DNA of 64,000 bases from positions 32,001 through 96,000 of the forward strand of contig CAVPNL010000018.1 of NCBI GenBank assembly GCA_963706575.1, written 5' to 3'. Position 1 is the stretch's first letter. Each line of letters opens with the position of its first letter. The notes below the pieces were generated by a model. That model had not been told where the DNA came from. It saw only the letters and a program-made list of their open reading frames with translations, and made no database searches. Of the stretch, positions 1 through 9,746 are shown in pieces. Made by a program: the position numbers and the translations under genes. The stretch comes from an uncultured delta proteobacterium (GTDB taxonomy: Bacteria; Desulfobacterota; Desulfobacteria; Desulfobacterales; JAHEIW01).

Positions 1-2
1 AG

Positions 3-1190
3 TGGGAACTGAACGACCATATGGACACGCTGGCCGGCAGCATGGCCGTCTCCCCGGACTATAAGGTATTTATGGGGGCCGGCAGTTATGAGCACTATAT
101 CCCTTCGGCGGTTTCATTTTTGCTGGGCCGTTCAGAATTTGTGACCGCCTATACCCCTTATCAGCCCGAGGTCAGTCAGGGCACCCTGCAGGCCATCTAT
201 GAGTATCAAACCCTGACCTCCCGGTTGCTGGGCATGGAAGTTGCCAATGCATCGCAATATGACGGTGCGTCTTCGCTGGCTGAAGCCATGCTAATGACCA
301 TTCGAGTTTCCAGGAAAAAGGCCGTGGCCGTTTCCCGCGCCGTTCATCCCTTATATCGACGGGTACTGGAGACTTATTTTGAGCCTACCGGTCTCGAGAT
401 CAGAGAGCTGCCTTATCTGAGTGACGGCACCACCGATTTAAGCCCCCTTAAGGACATGGACGATTTAGGGGGGGTGGCCGTCCAGTCGCCGAACTTTTTG
501 GGCTGCATGGAAAATTTGGAAGACGCCAAGCAAGCACTTGAAAATAAGAAAGCCCTGTTGGTGGTATGCTTCAGCGAGCCACTGGCATACGGCCTCTACA
601 AAAATCCCGGCGAATGCGGCGCCGATATCGCCTGCGGCGAAGGGCAGAGCCTGGGAATTCCGCGCACGTTCGGTGGGCCGGCGCTGGGGATGTTTGCCTC
701 AAAAATGAAATACGTCCGCAACATGCCGGGAAGACTGGTGGGCGAGACCGTTGATCTGGACGGCAAAAGAAGCCATGTGCTCACCTTGTCAACGCGCGAG
801 CAGCATATCCGGCGCGAAAAGGCCACCTCCAATATCTGCACCAATCACAGTCTCTGTGCGCTGGCTGCCGTCATGTATATGGCAACGCTTGGAGGTACCG
901 GCTTCAAAGAACTCGCGCAACTCAACTACGACAAGGCCGAGTATTTAAAAAGCGCCTTAACCCGCGCGGGATTCAAATTGCCGTTTCCCCAAGCGACCTT
1001 TAATGAATTCGTGGTTGAATTTCCAGCCGGATTTCAGAAAACCTATCAACGCCTGTTGAAGAAAAAAATGATTGCCGGCATACCGCTGGGTGACTTTTAC
1101 ACGGAGCTTAAAAATCATTATCTGTTGTGCGTAACGGAGACAATCACCAAGGCGGATATGGATGCCCTGGTCCAGGAGATAAAAAAATGA
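3..1190 (+). CDS. gcvPA: Glycine dehydrogenase (decarboxylating) subunit 1, 5'-truncated by window edge
   Basis: Motifs [23 protein letters not shown] and [18 protein letters not shown]; frame is open from the window start. Confidence 0.95.
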   Translation, partial: WELNDHMDTLAGSMAVSPDYKVFMGAGSYEHYIPSAVSFLLGRSEFVTAYTPYQPEVSQGTLQAIYEYQTLTSRLLGMEVANASQYDGASSLAEAMLMTIRVSRKKAVAVSRAVHPLYRRVLETYFEPTGLEIRELPYLSDGTTDLSPLKDMDDLGGVAVQSPNFLGCMENLEDAKQALENKKALLVVCFSEPLAYGLYKNPGECGADIACGEGQSLGIPRTFGGPALGMFASKMKYVRNMPGRLVGETVDLDGKRSHVLTLSTREQHIRREKATSNICTNHSLCALAAVMYMATLGGTGFKELAQLNYDKAEYLKSALTRAGFKLPFPQATFNEFVVEFPAGFQKTYQRLLKKKMIAGIPLGDFYTELKNHYLLCVTETITKADMDALVQEIKK

Positions 1191-2645
1191 AAGAAACCGC
1201 AGGCACCACCGGATTAATATTTAACGAGCCGCTGTTGTGGGAGAAGGGAAAAGCCGGTCGAACCGCTTTTTCACTGCCCCGCCGCGACGTTAAACAACAG
1301 CCAGTTGATAAAAACTTGAAAGGCACCGGTCCGGATTTCCCCGATCTGAGTGAAGTCGATATTGTGCGCCACTATATCCGGCTTTCCCAGTGGAATTTTT
1401 CGGTCGATTCCGGGATGTATCCGTTGGGCTCGTGCACCATGAAATATAATCCCAAGACCAATGAACGACAATCCGCCCTGCCGGGATTTGCCATGGCGCA
1501 CCCGCTGCTTCCGCAGCCTCTTTCACAGGGGGTGCTCAAGCTCATGTTTGAACTGGAACAATATCTGACGGAAATAACGGGCATGGACGCCACAACGCTG
1601 CAACCGGCTGCCGGTGCCCATGGTGAGCTGACCGGAATGCTTCTATTTTACGCCTATCTTAAAAGCAAAGGCAACGCCACGTACAAAAATTCTCGTCCCG
1701 GACACAGCCCACGGCACCAATCCAGCCAGCGCCTCGCTATGCGGCTACCGCTCAATTGCGCTGAAATCAAACGAAAGAGGCGTCCTTTCACCGCAGGTGG
1801 TCGACGAACTCATGGACGAGGACACCGCCGGAATCATGGTCACCAACCCCAATACGCTGGGCCTTTTTGAAGAAAACATTAAAGCGGTAGCCGACATCGT
1901 GCATGCCAAAGGCGGCCTGGTTTACTGCGACGGCGCCAATATGAATGCCGTTATGGGTATCGTCAACATGAGAGACCTGGGTGTCGACGTATTGCACCTG
2001 AATCTTCATAAGACGTTTTCAACCCCGCATGGCGGCGGGGGACCCGGTTCAGGTCCGGTATGCGTCCGCAAGGACCTGGAGCCGTTTTTACCGGTACCCC
2101 GGGTGATTAACAAAAAGGGGAAATATGAGCTGTCCGAAGATTTCCCCGATTCCATGGGGAAAGTACACGCTTTTTACGGCAATATCGGGGTGATGATCCG
2201 CGCTTACAGTTACATCCGCAGTATGGGGCCCGATGGCCTCAAAAAGGCCAGCCAGCTTGCGGTATTAAATGCCGCCTATATTAAAGATAATCTAAAAGGC
2301 ACCTTTCACCTGCCTTACGACCGGCCCTGCATGCACGAATGCGTTTTTTCAGATAAACTGCAGGAGCCGTATAAGGTGACAACCCTGGACATGGTCAAGC
2401 GGCTGATGGATTACGGATTTCATCCGCCGACGATCTATTTCCCCCTGGTCGTTCCCGGCGCCATCATGATCGAGCCCACAGAGACCGAATCCAAGGAAGA
2501 CATTGACCTGTTTATTGAATCGATGAAAGCCATTGCCCAAGAAGCAAAAGAAGATCCCGAATTATTACATGCGGCTCCCCGGAAAACCAAACGCAGAAGA
2601 CTGGATGAAACTTCCGCTGCCAGAAAACCGCGCCTGAGTGGATAG
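1187..2645 (+). CDS. gcvPB: Glycine dehydrogenase subunit 2; one +1 frameshift near 1676
   Basis: ATGA overlap with gcvPA; motifs [22 protein letters not shown] and [21 protein letters not shown]. Removing G1676 restores ...[20 protein letters not shown]... and joins ORFs 1127..1870 and 1797..2645. Confidence 0.93.
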
Positions 2646-2651
2646 TCCCGT

Positions 2652-2819
2652 GTTGCGCGTTGCGGGGTTGCGAGATGCGCGTTGCGGGTTAAACGATTTG
2701 CAAAAAAATAAAAAAGTTCAGCATGCCAATTTCGAACTCAAAGATAAAATCACCAAATTCGCTCAATGCCGGAAAGGATCGACTTTCAATCCGCAATCCA
2801 AAATCCGCAATCCAAAATC
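2652..2819. repeat. Heptamer tandem repeats (GTTGCGC/GTTGCGG at 2652-2690; AATCCGC/AATCCAA at 2788-2819), roughly inverted
   Basis: Read directly; the second block lies in the N-terminal extension of lipB. Confidence 0.75.
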
Positions 2820-3526
2820 AACAAACCTGGCTGAGCATCGATTTTGACCGAATCGACTACCGGGAAGCCTGGCAACTGCAGAGCAATCTGATTGCGGCCC
2901 GCAAAGAGCGCATCCTGCAAAAGGATATCGTTTTATTCTTAGAACACCCCCCTGTATTTACCCTCGGGCGCAGAGGCGGGCGGGAATGTCTGCTGGTATC
3001 AGAAGAATTCCTTGAGAAATCCGGCGTGCAGGTCATCCAGGTCGAGCGCGGCGGAAACATTACCTTTCACGGGCCGGGCCAGCTGGTCGTTTATCCGATC
3101 GTGGATTTGCAAACTGCCAGAATAAAAGTTGTCGATTTCGTTGGCGGCCTCGAAGAGGTGATGCTGCGTGCCGCCGCGCACTGGGGCATTGCTGCTGAGC
3201 GCAATCCGGCCAACCGCGGTATCTGGGTGGGGCCCCACAAAATGGGCAGCATTGGAATCGCCGTGCGCCGAGGCATCAGCTTTCACGGCCTGGCATTAAA
3301 TATCCAAACCGATTTAACCCCGTTTTCCTGGATCCAACCCTGCGGGTTAAGGGACGTGGGTATGACCACCATGCAGCAGGAAACAGCGCGTAAACTTTCA
3401 ATGCAACAGGTGCGAACGGTTTTAAAAAAACAATTCGAAGCGGTTTTTGGTATAAAGTTCGTTTCGAAAAACCTGAACGATTTAGGTTCTATATTGGATA
3501 ATTTAACTTTAACCACTCGTGTTTAG
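2723..3526 (+). CDS. lipB: Octanoyltransferase LipB
   Basis: LEHPPVFTLGRRG, ERGGNITFHGPGQLVVYPI, KMGSIG, FHGLALN, IQPCGL. Confidence 0.95.
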   Translation: MPISNSKIKSPNSLNAGKDRLSIRNPKSAIQNQQTWLSIDFDRIDYREAWQLQSNLIAARKERILQKDIVLFLEHPPVFTLGRRGGRECLLVSEEFLEKSGVQVIQVERGGNITFHGPGQLVVYPIVDLQTARIKVVDFVGGLEEVMLRAAAHWGIAAERNPANRGIWVGPHKMGSIGIAVRRGISFHGLALNIQTDLTPFSWIQPCGLRDVGMTTMQQETARKLSMQQVRTVLKKQFEAVFGIKFVSKNLNDLGSILDNLTLTTRV

Positions 3527-3630
3527 TGTTTGGTATTTTGTGTTTAGTGTTTTATTATTATATTCAGTCAATCGCACCATTCACCAAAAACTAAACATTA
3601 AAAACTAAATACTAGACACCAAACACTAAA
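3519..3630. repeat. Inverted heptamer-array hairpin (TTTAGTG/TTTGGTA ... CACTAAA/CACCAAA)
   Basis: Left arm about 3519-3552, right arm about 3582-3630, between lipB and lipA. Confidence 0.85.
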
Positions 3631-3634
3631 ACCG

Positions 3635-4531
3635 ATGCCCCAACACCCCCATCAGAAGCCCCGCTGGCTTAAAAAGAGACTGCCGACCGGCCCGGAATAC
3701 GAAAGAGTGAAAGAACTCGTCGGTAAGGATCGGCTGCATACCGTCTGCCAGGAAGCCAAATGTCCGAATATGTGGGAATGTTTTTCGCAACAGACGGCCA
3801 CATTTTTGATTATGGGCTCCCGCTGTACCCGCAATTGCCGCTTTTGTTCGGTCGCTCAGGGGCCTGTTGAACTGCCTGATCCGGCCGAGCCGGACCGGGT
3901 TGCAGCCGCTGCCCGACAAATGGGTCTCAGTTATGTCGTAATTACCTCCGTTACGCGCGATGATTTAACAGACGGCGGCGCCGCCTTTTTTGCCGAGACC
4001 ATTGAGGCCGTGCACCGCCGGATTCCATCCGCAAGGGTGGAAGTTCTGATACCTGATTTTCAGGGCAACGCTGCGGCGCTGCAAACCGTACTTGCAGCCC
4101 ATCCGGATGTGCTCAACCATAACATTGAAACCGTGCCCCGCCTGTATACGCTCGTCCGCCCGCAAGCACGCTACCAGCGCTCACTTCAATTGTTGTCTCG
4201 CGTCCAAAAATATGCCCCCGGGCTGCCGATTAAATCGGGCTTGATGCTGGGGCTGGGGGAATCTTCTGAAGAAATCCGCTCAACGCTGAAGGATTTAATC
4301 GATGCGGGCTGCCGTATCCTGACACTGGGACAATATCTGCAGCCTTCAAAGGCGCATTTGCCGGTAAAGCGTTTTGTAACCCCTGAAGAATTTGAGCAAT
4401 GGCGGCAACTCGCCATCGAAATCGGCTTTTCAGAGGTCGCCAGCGGACCCTTCGTCCGCAGCTCATATCACGCTAAAGAGCTTTATCAGGCCGTCGACCA
4501 GCTGATTTTAAAACGAAATGGCGAGGTGTAA
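3635..4531 (+). CDS. lipA: Lipoyl synthase
   Basis: CQEAKCPNMWEC plus radical SAM CTRNCRFC; GPFVRSSY. Confidence 0.97.
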   Translation: MPQHPHQKPRWLKKRLPTGPEYERVKELVGKDRLHTVCQEAKCPNMWECFSQQTATFLIMGSRCTRNCRFCSVAQGPVELPDPAEPDRVAAAARQMGLSYVVITSVTRDDLTDGGAAFFAETIEAVHRRIPSARVEVLIPDFQGNAAALQTVLAAHPDVLNHNIETVPRLYTLVRPQARYQRSLQLLSRVQKYAPGLPIKSGLMLGLGESSEEIRSTLKDLIDAGCRILTLGQYLQPSKAHLPVKRFVTPEEFEQWRQLAIEIGFSEVASGPFVRSSYHAKELYQAVDQLILKRNGEV

Positions 4532-4533
4532 AT

Positions 4534-5691
4534 TTGGATGCTTCTGTGGTTTGGGCTGAAATTGATTTAAAAGCCATTGCTCACAACGTCGCTGAATTGC
4601 GCCGCATCACAAAGCCGGAAGCCCGGCTGATGGCGGTGGTAAAAGCCAACGGTTATGGCCACGGCGCCATTGAAATCGCACAATGCGCCCTGCAAAATGG
4701 CGCGGCGACTCTGGGCGTGGCCAGAATAGAGGAAGGGATTCAAATTCGCCAGGCCGGCATCCAGGCTCCCATTTTGATTTTCGGTTATACCCTTTCGCAA
4801 CAGATAGCCGACCTTTTGGAATATGACCTTACCCCGTGCTTTTATAGCGCCGCATCGGCCCAGAAATTGTCCAGCGCAGCCGCGTCACTGGGGAAAAAAA
4901 TAAAGGCCCATTTAAAAGTGGACACCGGAATGGGCCGGCTCGGCCAGTTGCCGCAAAATTTTAAAGCCGACAATTCGACAGCGATCAACGCGGATGCACT
5001 TGAAGAAACCCTGACTATTGCTCGCCTGGACGGGCTCGAACTTGAGGGCATATACACCCATTTCGCCACCGCTGACAGCTCAAATAAATCCTATGCCGAA
5101 AAACAGCTCCATCTTTTCATAAATTACTTGAAGCGATTGCAGCAAGCGGGCTTGAACCCGCCTGTCAGACATGCCGCCAACAGTGCCGCATTAATTGATA
5201 TGCCGCAGTCACATTTTGACATGGTGCGCCCGGGGATTGCAATTTACGGACTCTATCCATCCGATGAAGTCCAGAAAAATAAGGTATCCCTCAAGCCCGC
5301 CATGGCTTTAAAGGCAAGGATTATTCATTTAAAAAAAGTCCCCGCCGGATTTAAGGTCAGCTACGGCGGCACCCATGAAACCCAAAAGCCAACCACAATC
5401 GCCACTGTTCCGGTGGGCTATGCCGACGGATTGAACCGGCTGTTATCCTCCCGTGGCCAGATGCTGGTCCATGGGCAGCGGGTCCCCATTATCGGACGGG
5501 TCTGCATGGATCTGACCATGCTGGATGTGGGCAGCATCGAAAACGTTCAAGTGGGTGACGAGGTGGTTGTTTTTGGTCAACAGAACAATAAAACCTTAAG
5601 CGTCGATGAAATGGCCTCCTTGCTCAACACCATAAATTATGAAATTGTTTCCACCATAACCGCCCGGGTGCCGCGGGTCTATTTAAAATAA
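4534..5691 (+). CDS. alr: Alanine racemase
   Basis: AVVKANGYGHG (PLP lysine), KVDTGMGRLG, GYADG, GRVCMD. Confidence 0.97.
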   Translation: MDASVVWAEIDLKAIAHNVAELRRITKPEARLMAVVKANGYGHGAIEIAQCALQNGAATLGVARIEEGIQIRQAGIQAPILIFGYTLSQQIADLLEYDLTPCFYSAASAQKLSSAAASLGKKIKAHLKVDTGMGRLGQLPQNFKADNSTAINADALEETLTIARLDGLELEGIYTHFATADSSNKSYAEKQLHLFINYLKRLQQAGLNPPVRHAANSAALIDMPQSHFDMVRPGIAIYGLYPSDEVQKNKVSLKPAMALKARIIHLKKVPAGFKVSYGGTHETQKPTTIATVPVGYADGLNRLLSSRGQMLVHGQRVPIIGRVCMDLTMLDVGSIENVQVGDEVVVFGQQNNKTLSVDEMASLLNTINYEIVSTITARVPRVYLK

Positions 5692-5701
5692 TCAGGTGCT
5701 T

Positions 5702-5880
5702 AAAAGTGATGAATTCGTAAAAAGTCGAATTCATCAAGTGTTTGGTGTTTCGTGTTTGGTGTTTGGTATGAAATAGGTGATGCGATATCGGCATGTTAGA
5801 ATACTAAACACTAAATACCAAATACAAAACACACTCGTAAAAAGGCTGTTTTTCTGACTTTTTACGAGATAATCAAAAGT
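5702..5880. mobile_element. MITE-like element with imperfect terminal inverted repeats, AAAAGT flanking duplication and an internal heptamer hairpin
   Basis: GATGAATTCGTAAAAAGTC (5708-5726) and GACTTTTTACGAGATAATC (5856-5874); AAAAGT at 5702-5707 and 5875-5880. Confidence 0.7.
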
Positions 5881-5896
5881 AATTTAGGAGCATTTT

Positions 5897-6691
5897 TTGC
5901 CTTATTTTACCACCCCCGACAACTGCAGGCTGTATTACGTCAGTCTTAATATTCAACACGGCAGGCCGCCGGTTGTTTTTTTGAATGGCACCAGCCAGAC
6001 AACCGTTTACTGGGAACCGCATGCAAATGCCTTTTCAACGCATTTCGGGGTGCTGCGGTATGATGCCCGTGCCCAGGGAAAGAGCGATATCGGATCCTGT
6101 GAGATTTCGGCCGAAATCCATACCGCCGATCTTCAAAATTTACTCGATCATTTGAACGTCCAAAAGACCCACCTGATCGGCATCAGCCACGGTGCCTATA
6201 TCGCCTTGCGGCTGGCGGCAACAACGCCGGATTTGGTAGACCGGCTGGTTTTGTGCAGTATGGGCAAAGATTCCGGGGCTCAGGTGAAGCTTATCATCAG
6301 ATCCTGGCTGGAAATTCTGCAGCGTGCCGATCTTAAAACCATGGCATGGGCCACGCTGCCGCTGGTTTTTGGGAAACGTTTTTTAAATCATAACCATGAT
6401 ATACTCGATAAAATCGTCGCCGCCATTGCAGCCCGTAACGATAAAGAAGCCCTTATCGCCCATTTCAATGCCATCGCCAATTATGCGCCAGTAGAATCGT
6501 TTCTAAAAATAATTAAATGCCCGACGCTGGTCATTTCAGGATCTGATGATCCCATTGTCACCCCCCAGGATGCCCGGCAACTGGCAACAAAGTGCCGCGG
6601 GCGCCATGAGATATTTCCGCAGACCGGTCACAGTATCCCTGCCGAAGCCCCGGCTTTGTTCCAGCAGGTGATACTCGATTTCCTCAGATAG
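5897..6691 (+). CDS. Alpha/beta hydrolase (PcaD-like family)
   Basis: YDARAQGKS, nucleophile GISHG, GSDD, C-terminal GH; TTG start after AGGAG. Confidence 0.85.
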   Translation: MPYFTTPDNCRLYYVSLNIQHGRPPVVFLNGTSQTTVYWEPHANAFSTHFGVLRYDARAQGKSDIGSCEISAEIHTADLQNLLDHLNVQKTHLIGISHGAYIALRLAATTPDLVDRLVLCSMGKDSGAQVKLIIRSWLEILQRADLKTMAWATLPLVFGKRFLNHNHDILDKIVAAIAARNDKEALIAHFNAIANYAPVESFLKIIKCPTLVISGSDDPIVTPQDARQLATKCRGRHEIFPQTGHSIPAEAPALFQQVILDFLR

Positions 6692-6864
6692 CCGTCGCCA
6701 TCCGCATCGGCTGTATAGACATTCAGCGGGTCATTCAGGTTGCAACATTAGATCGGTTGTGTCTATATTGCCGATTTCCTTTTTTAAGATGAATCTCCCC
6801 GCGGCAAGCCGCGGTTTGCTCAAAGGTCAAAATTAATATAGAACCCATTTCAAAGTAGGCCACA

Positions 6865-8079
6865 ATGAGAGAAATCATACTGATCAATGTTACCGGTAAA
6901 GATAAGCCCGGTTTGACCGCCAGTTTGACCGGTATTCTTGCCCGATATAAGGTGGCCATTCTGGATATTGGCCAGGCCGTCATCCATGATTATTTATCCC
7001 TGGGGATTTTGGTTGAAATCCCGACCGAGTATAAATCTTCATCCATCCTCAAAGATCTTTTGTTTGAAGCGCATAAACTGGGCATTCAAATTCGATTTTC
7101 CCCGATTGAAGAGGACCTTTATGAAAACTGGGCCGCCCAGCAAGGAAAAGAGCGGCGAGTTATCACCCTGCTGGGCCGGCGCATAAGCGCCGAACAGCTT
7201 TCAAAAGTAGCGGCCGCAATTGCCAAAAACAAATTAAATATCGATGTCATTAACCGACTGTCAGGGCGTGTGTCGGTAAACAACACGGATACCACTCAAA
7301 CAGCCTGTGTGCAGATTACGGTTTCCGGCAAAATTAATGACCCCGGTGTGTTAAGGAGGGAGCTTCTTGAAATTCACGCCGATACCGGCATCGATATCTC
7401 ATTTTATGTCGATGATATTTACCGACATGCCCGCCGGCTGGTCGTATTCGATATGGATTCGACCCTGATTCAAGGTGAGGCAATTGATGAACTTGCCGAT
7501 TTGGCCGGCATCGGCGACCAGGTGGCGCAGATTACCGAGGCCGGCATGCAGGGCAAAATAGATTTTAAAGAAGGTCTGACACAGCGGGTGGCCCTTTTAA
7601 ATGGCCTGGAGGAAAATGTGCTTTCATTTGTCGCTCATAATCTGGTGTTGACTGAAGGTGCCGACCGTGTGATTCGCAAACTTAAACAACTGGGATACAA
7701 AATCGGTATCATCTCCGGGGGCTTCGAATATTTTGGAAAGTACTTACAAAAGAAACTCGAACTGGATTATGTTTTCACCAATTGCCTTGAAATAGTGGAT
7801 GGAAAACTCACAGGAAAACTTAAAGGCGATATTATCGACGGCCAGAAAAAAGCCGAGATTTTGAGAACCATTGCCCGGGTCGAAAATATCAGCCTGCAGC
7901 AGACTATCGCGGTCGGCGATGGCGCCAATGATCTACCAATGATCAGTATCGCCGGCCTGGGGGTGGCATTTAACGCCAAATCCATTGTAAAGGAAAATGC
8001 ACAGCGCAGTATTTCCAGTGTGGGATTGGACGGTTTGCTGTATCTAATGGGGCTTAGCGAAAGAGAGATTCGGCAGTAA
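6865..8079 (+). CDS. serB: ACT-domain phosphoserine phosphatase
   Basis: N-terminal ACT (TGKDKPGLT), HAD motifs FDMDSTLI, SGGF, GDGANDL. Confidence 0.95.
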   Translation: MREIILINVTGKDKPGLTASLTGILARYKVAILDIGQAVIHDYLSLGILVEIPTEYKSSSILKDLLFEAHKLGIQIRFSPIEEDLYENWAAQQGKERRVITLLGRRISAEQLSKVAAAIAKNKLNIDVINRLSGRVSVNNTDTTQTACVQITVSGKINDPGVLRRELLEIHADTGIDISFYVDDIYRHARRLVVFDMDSTLIQGEAIDELADLAGIGDQVAQITEAGMQGKIDFKEGLTQRVALLNGLEENVLSFVAHNLVLTEGADRVIRKLKQLGYKIGIISGGFEYFGKYLQKKLELDYVFTNCLEIVDGKLTGKLKGDIIDGQKKAEILRTIARVENISLQQTIAVGDGANDLPMISIAGLGVAFNAKSIVKENAQRSISSVGLDGLLYLMGLSEREIRQ

Positions 8080-8158
8080 TGCCCCCCCTGGTCCTGCCAG
8101 CGCGGGACGGGGAACCGGGGGCAAAGATGAATAAATCGGGTGATAGGCCGTTAACAGC

Positions 8159-8611
8159 CTATGCGGTTTTTCTATTCATGTCTTTAGTCGCGGCGAAAAA
8201 TGCAATCATATCCTTACGGTGCCTGGGCAGATTATTAAACTTCACACCGATGGCATAGGCACTGCTCCAGATAATTTGGCCGGCCAAATCAATATGTTTG
8301 TGGGAAAAGGGATTAAAGAACGTCAGATCGATTTGCTGGCCAACCGGAAACGGTTCATTGGTTTCAATATAGGCCCCGAAGGAATTTATATCCAGAATAA
8401 AACTAATATGGTTTTGTTGCTCCAGGGTGTAGTTGACCGGTATTAGGCAGGGATTGCGGGGCTTTGTGCGTTTATCTACAATATGTTTGGCATGGTCCAA
8501 TAACGTCAATTGCTGCGCTTCCGACATGTCCAAGATCAGCATCAACAGGCGTGAAAAACTGGTACTGTAACGCTTGATTTTTTGTTTGCCGATAAGCCTA
8601 TCTGTATCCAT
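8159..8611 (-). CDS. PilZ-domain protein
   Basis: KRTKPR (RxxxR) and DINSFG (DxxxxG-like) motifs, GVKF; start chosen after AGGAAGG. Confidence 0.75.
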   Translation of the reverse strand: MDTDRLIGKQKIKRYSTSFSRLLMLILDMSEAQQLTLLDHAKHIVDKRTKPRNPCLIPVNYTLEQQNHISFILDINSFGAYIETNEPFPVGQQIDLTFFNPFSHKHIDLAGQIIWSSAYAIGVKFNNLPRHRKDMIAFFAATKDMNRKTA

Positions 8612-8779
8612 GTTCGTCACCTTCCTGAATCGACCATAAGGTTGCACAGAAAATTCATGCAAAAATTATGCAAGTTGCTGGAAAAAATTTAATTGATAAA
8701 ATTCAATTAGTTTAAAAATCCGGCCGGATTTGGAGGGGAAAAATTGAGAAGATTATTTCTTAATTTTATGAATTTAATT

Positions 8780-9565
8780 TCACAAATGCAAAAACGTTAT
8801 CAGGTTGTCGTTGAAAATTTGGGTCTGCTCAATATTGGAAAGATGGGCCGCATCAGGAATCACCACCAGCTTCGAGCCTTTAATTTGCGCATGCATGGCT
8901 TCAGATGCCGCCACCGGCGTGCCGGGATCATCGGCTCCGACCATAATCAGGGTGGGTATCTCAATTGCCGGCAGCCGGTTCAAATAATTAAGGCGGCGGA
9001 TGGCTTCACTGCAGCCGACATAGCCGGCAACCGGGGTGTCTAAGATCTGTTGACGGATTTGATCGATATCAGGAGGATTCTGTTCAAGATAGTTCGGCGT
9101 GAACCAGCGTTCTAGTGTTGACTCGGCCACAGCCTGCATGCCCATGTTATGGACTGCATCGATGCGCTCCTGCCAGACCGGTTGAGCTTCATCGGGAATT
9201 ATCGCGGCTGTGTCCGCTAACACCAGGCGCTCAATGCGATCGGGATGACTTAACGCCAGGCCTTGCCCGATCATGCCGCCCATGGAAAGGCCCACCCAAC
9301 AGACGCTGTCGAAGTTCAGTTGATCCAAAATACCAATGGCATCATCAACCAGTTGTTCCAGGGCATAAGCTCCCGCTGGCGCATCACTGCCGCCGTGACC
9401 GCGCGTATCAAATCGCAGAACCTGGAAATGGGGCTCCAGCAAATCAAGCTGTGGACGCCACATCACCATGCTGCAGGCCAGGGAGTGGCTCAGGACCACT
9501 ACCGGTGCCTGTTTTTGCCCTGACAATTCACAGTTAATATGGATACCGTTGGCTTCGATTATCAT
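8780..9565 (-). CDS. pcaD: 3-oxoadipate enol-lactonase family alpha/beta hydrolase
   Basis: VLSHSL, DTRGHGGS, GLSMGG, ERWFT, AAHLSNIEQ. Confidence 0.8.
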   Translation of the reverse strand: MIIEANGIHINCELSGQKQAPVVVLSHSLACSMVMWRPQLDLLEPHFQVLRFDTRGHGGSDAPAGAYALEQLVDDAIGILDQLNFDSVCWVGLSMGGMIGQGLALSHPDRIERLVLADTAAIIPDEAQPVWQERIDAVHNMGMQAVAESTLERWFTPNYLEQNPPDIDQIRQQILDTPVAGYVGCSEAIRRLNYLNRLPAIEIPTLIMVGADDPGTPVAASEAMHAQIKGSKLVVIPDAAHLSNIEQTQIFNDNLITFLHL

Positions 9566-9677
9566 AATTTCATCCCCTTTTTTACTCTTCATCCCGCAAT
9601 CTACATCAAAAATAGTAGATCATATTTAAGAAAACATACGCGTTACGCCAGCCGATTCAAAAACCGCGCCTGAAGAA

Positions 9678-9740
9678 ATCGTGGCTGGAAGCCACTCCCA
9701 CATCCTCTCATCTGCAGTGGGAGCGGCATCTTGCCGCGAT
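9678..9740. repeat. Inverted pair of REP-like palindromes (REPIN-like)
   Basis: ATCGTGGCTGGAAGCCACTCCCACA ... GTGGGAGCGGCATCTTGCCGCGAT; 26 nt (9679-9704) identical to 47312-47337. Confidence 0.8.
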
Positions 9741-9746
9741 ATGCGA

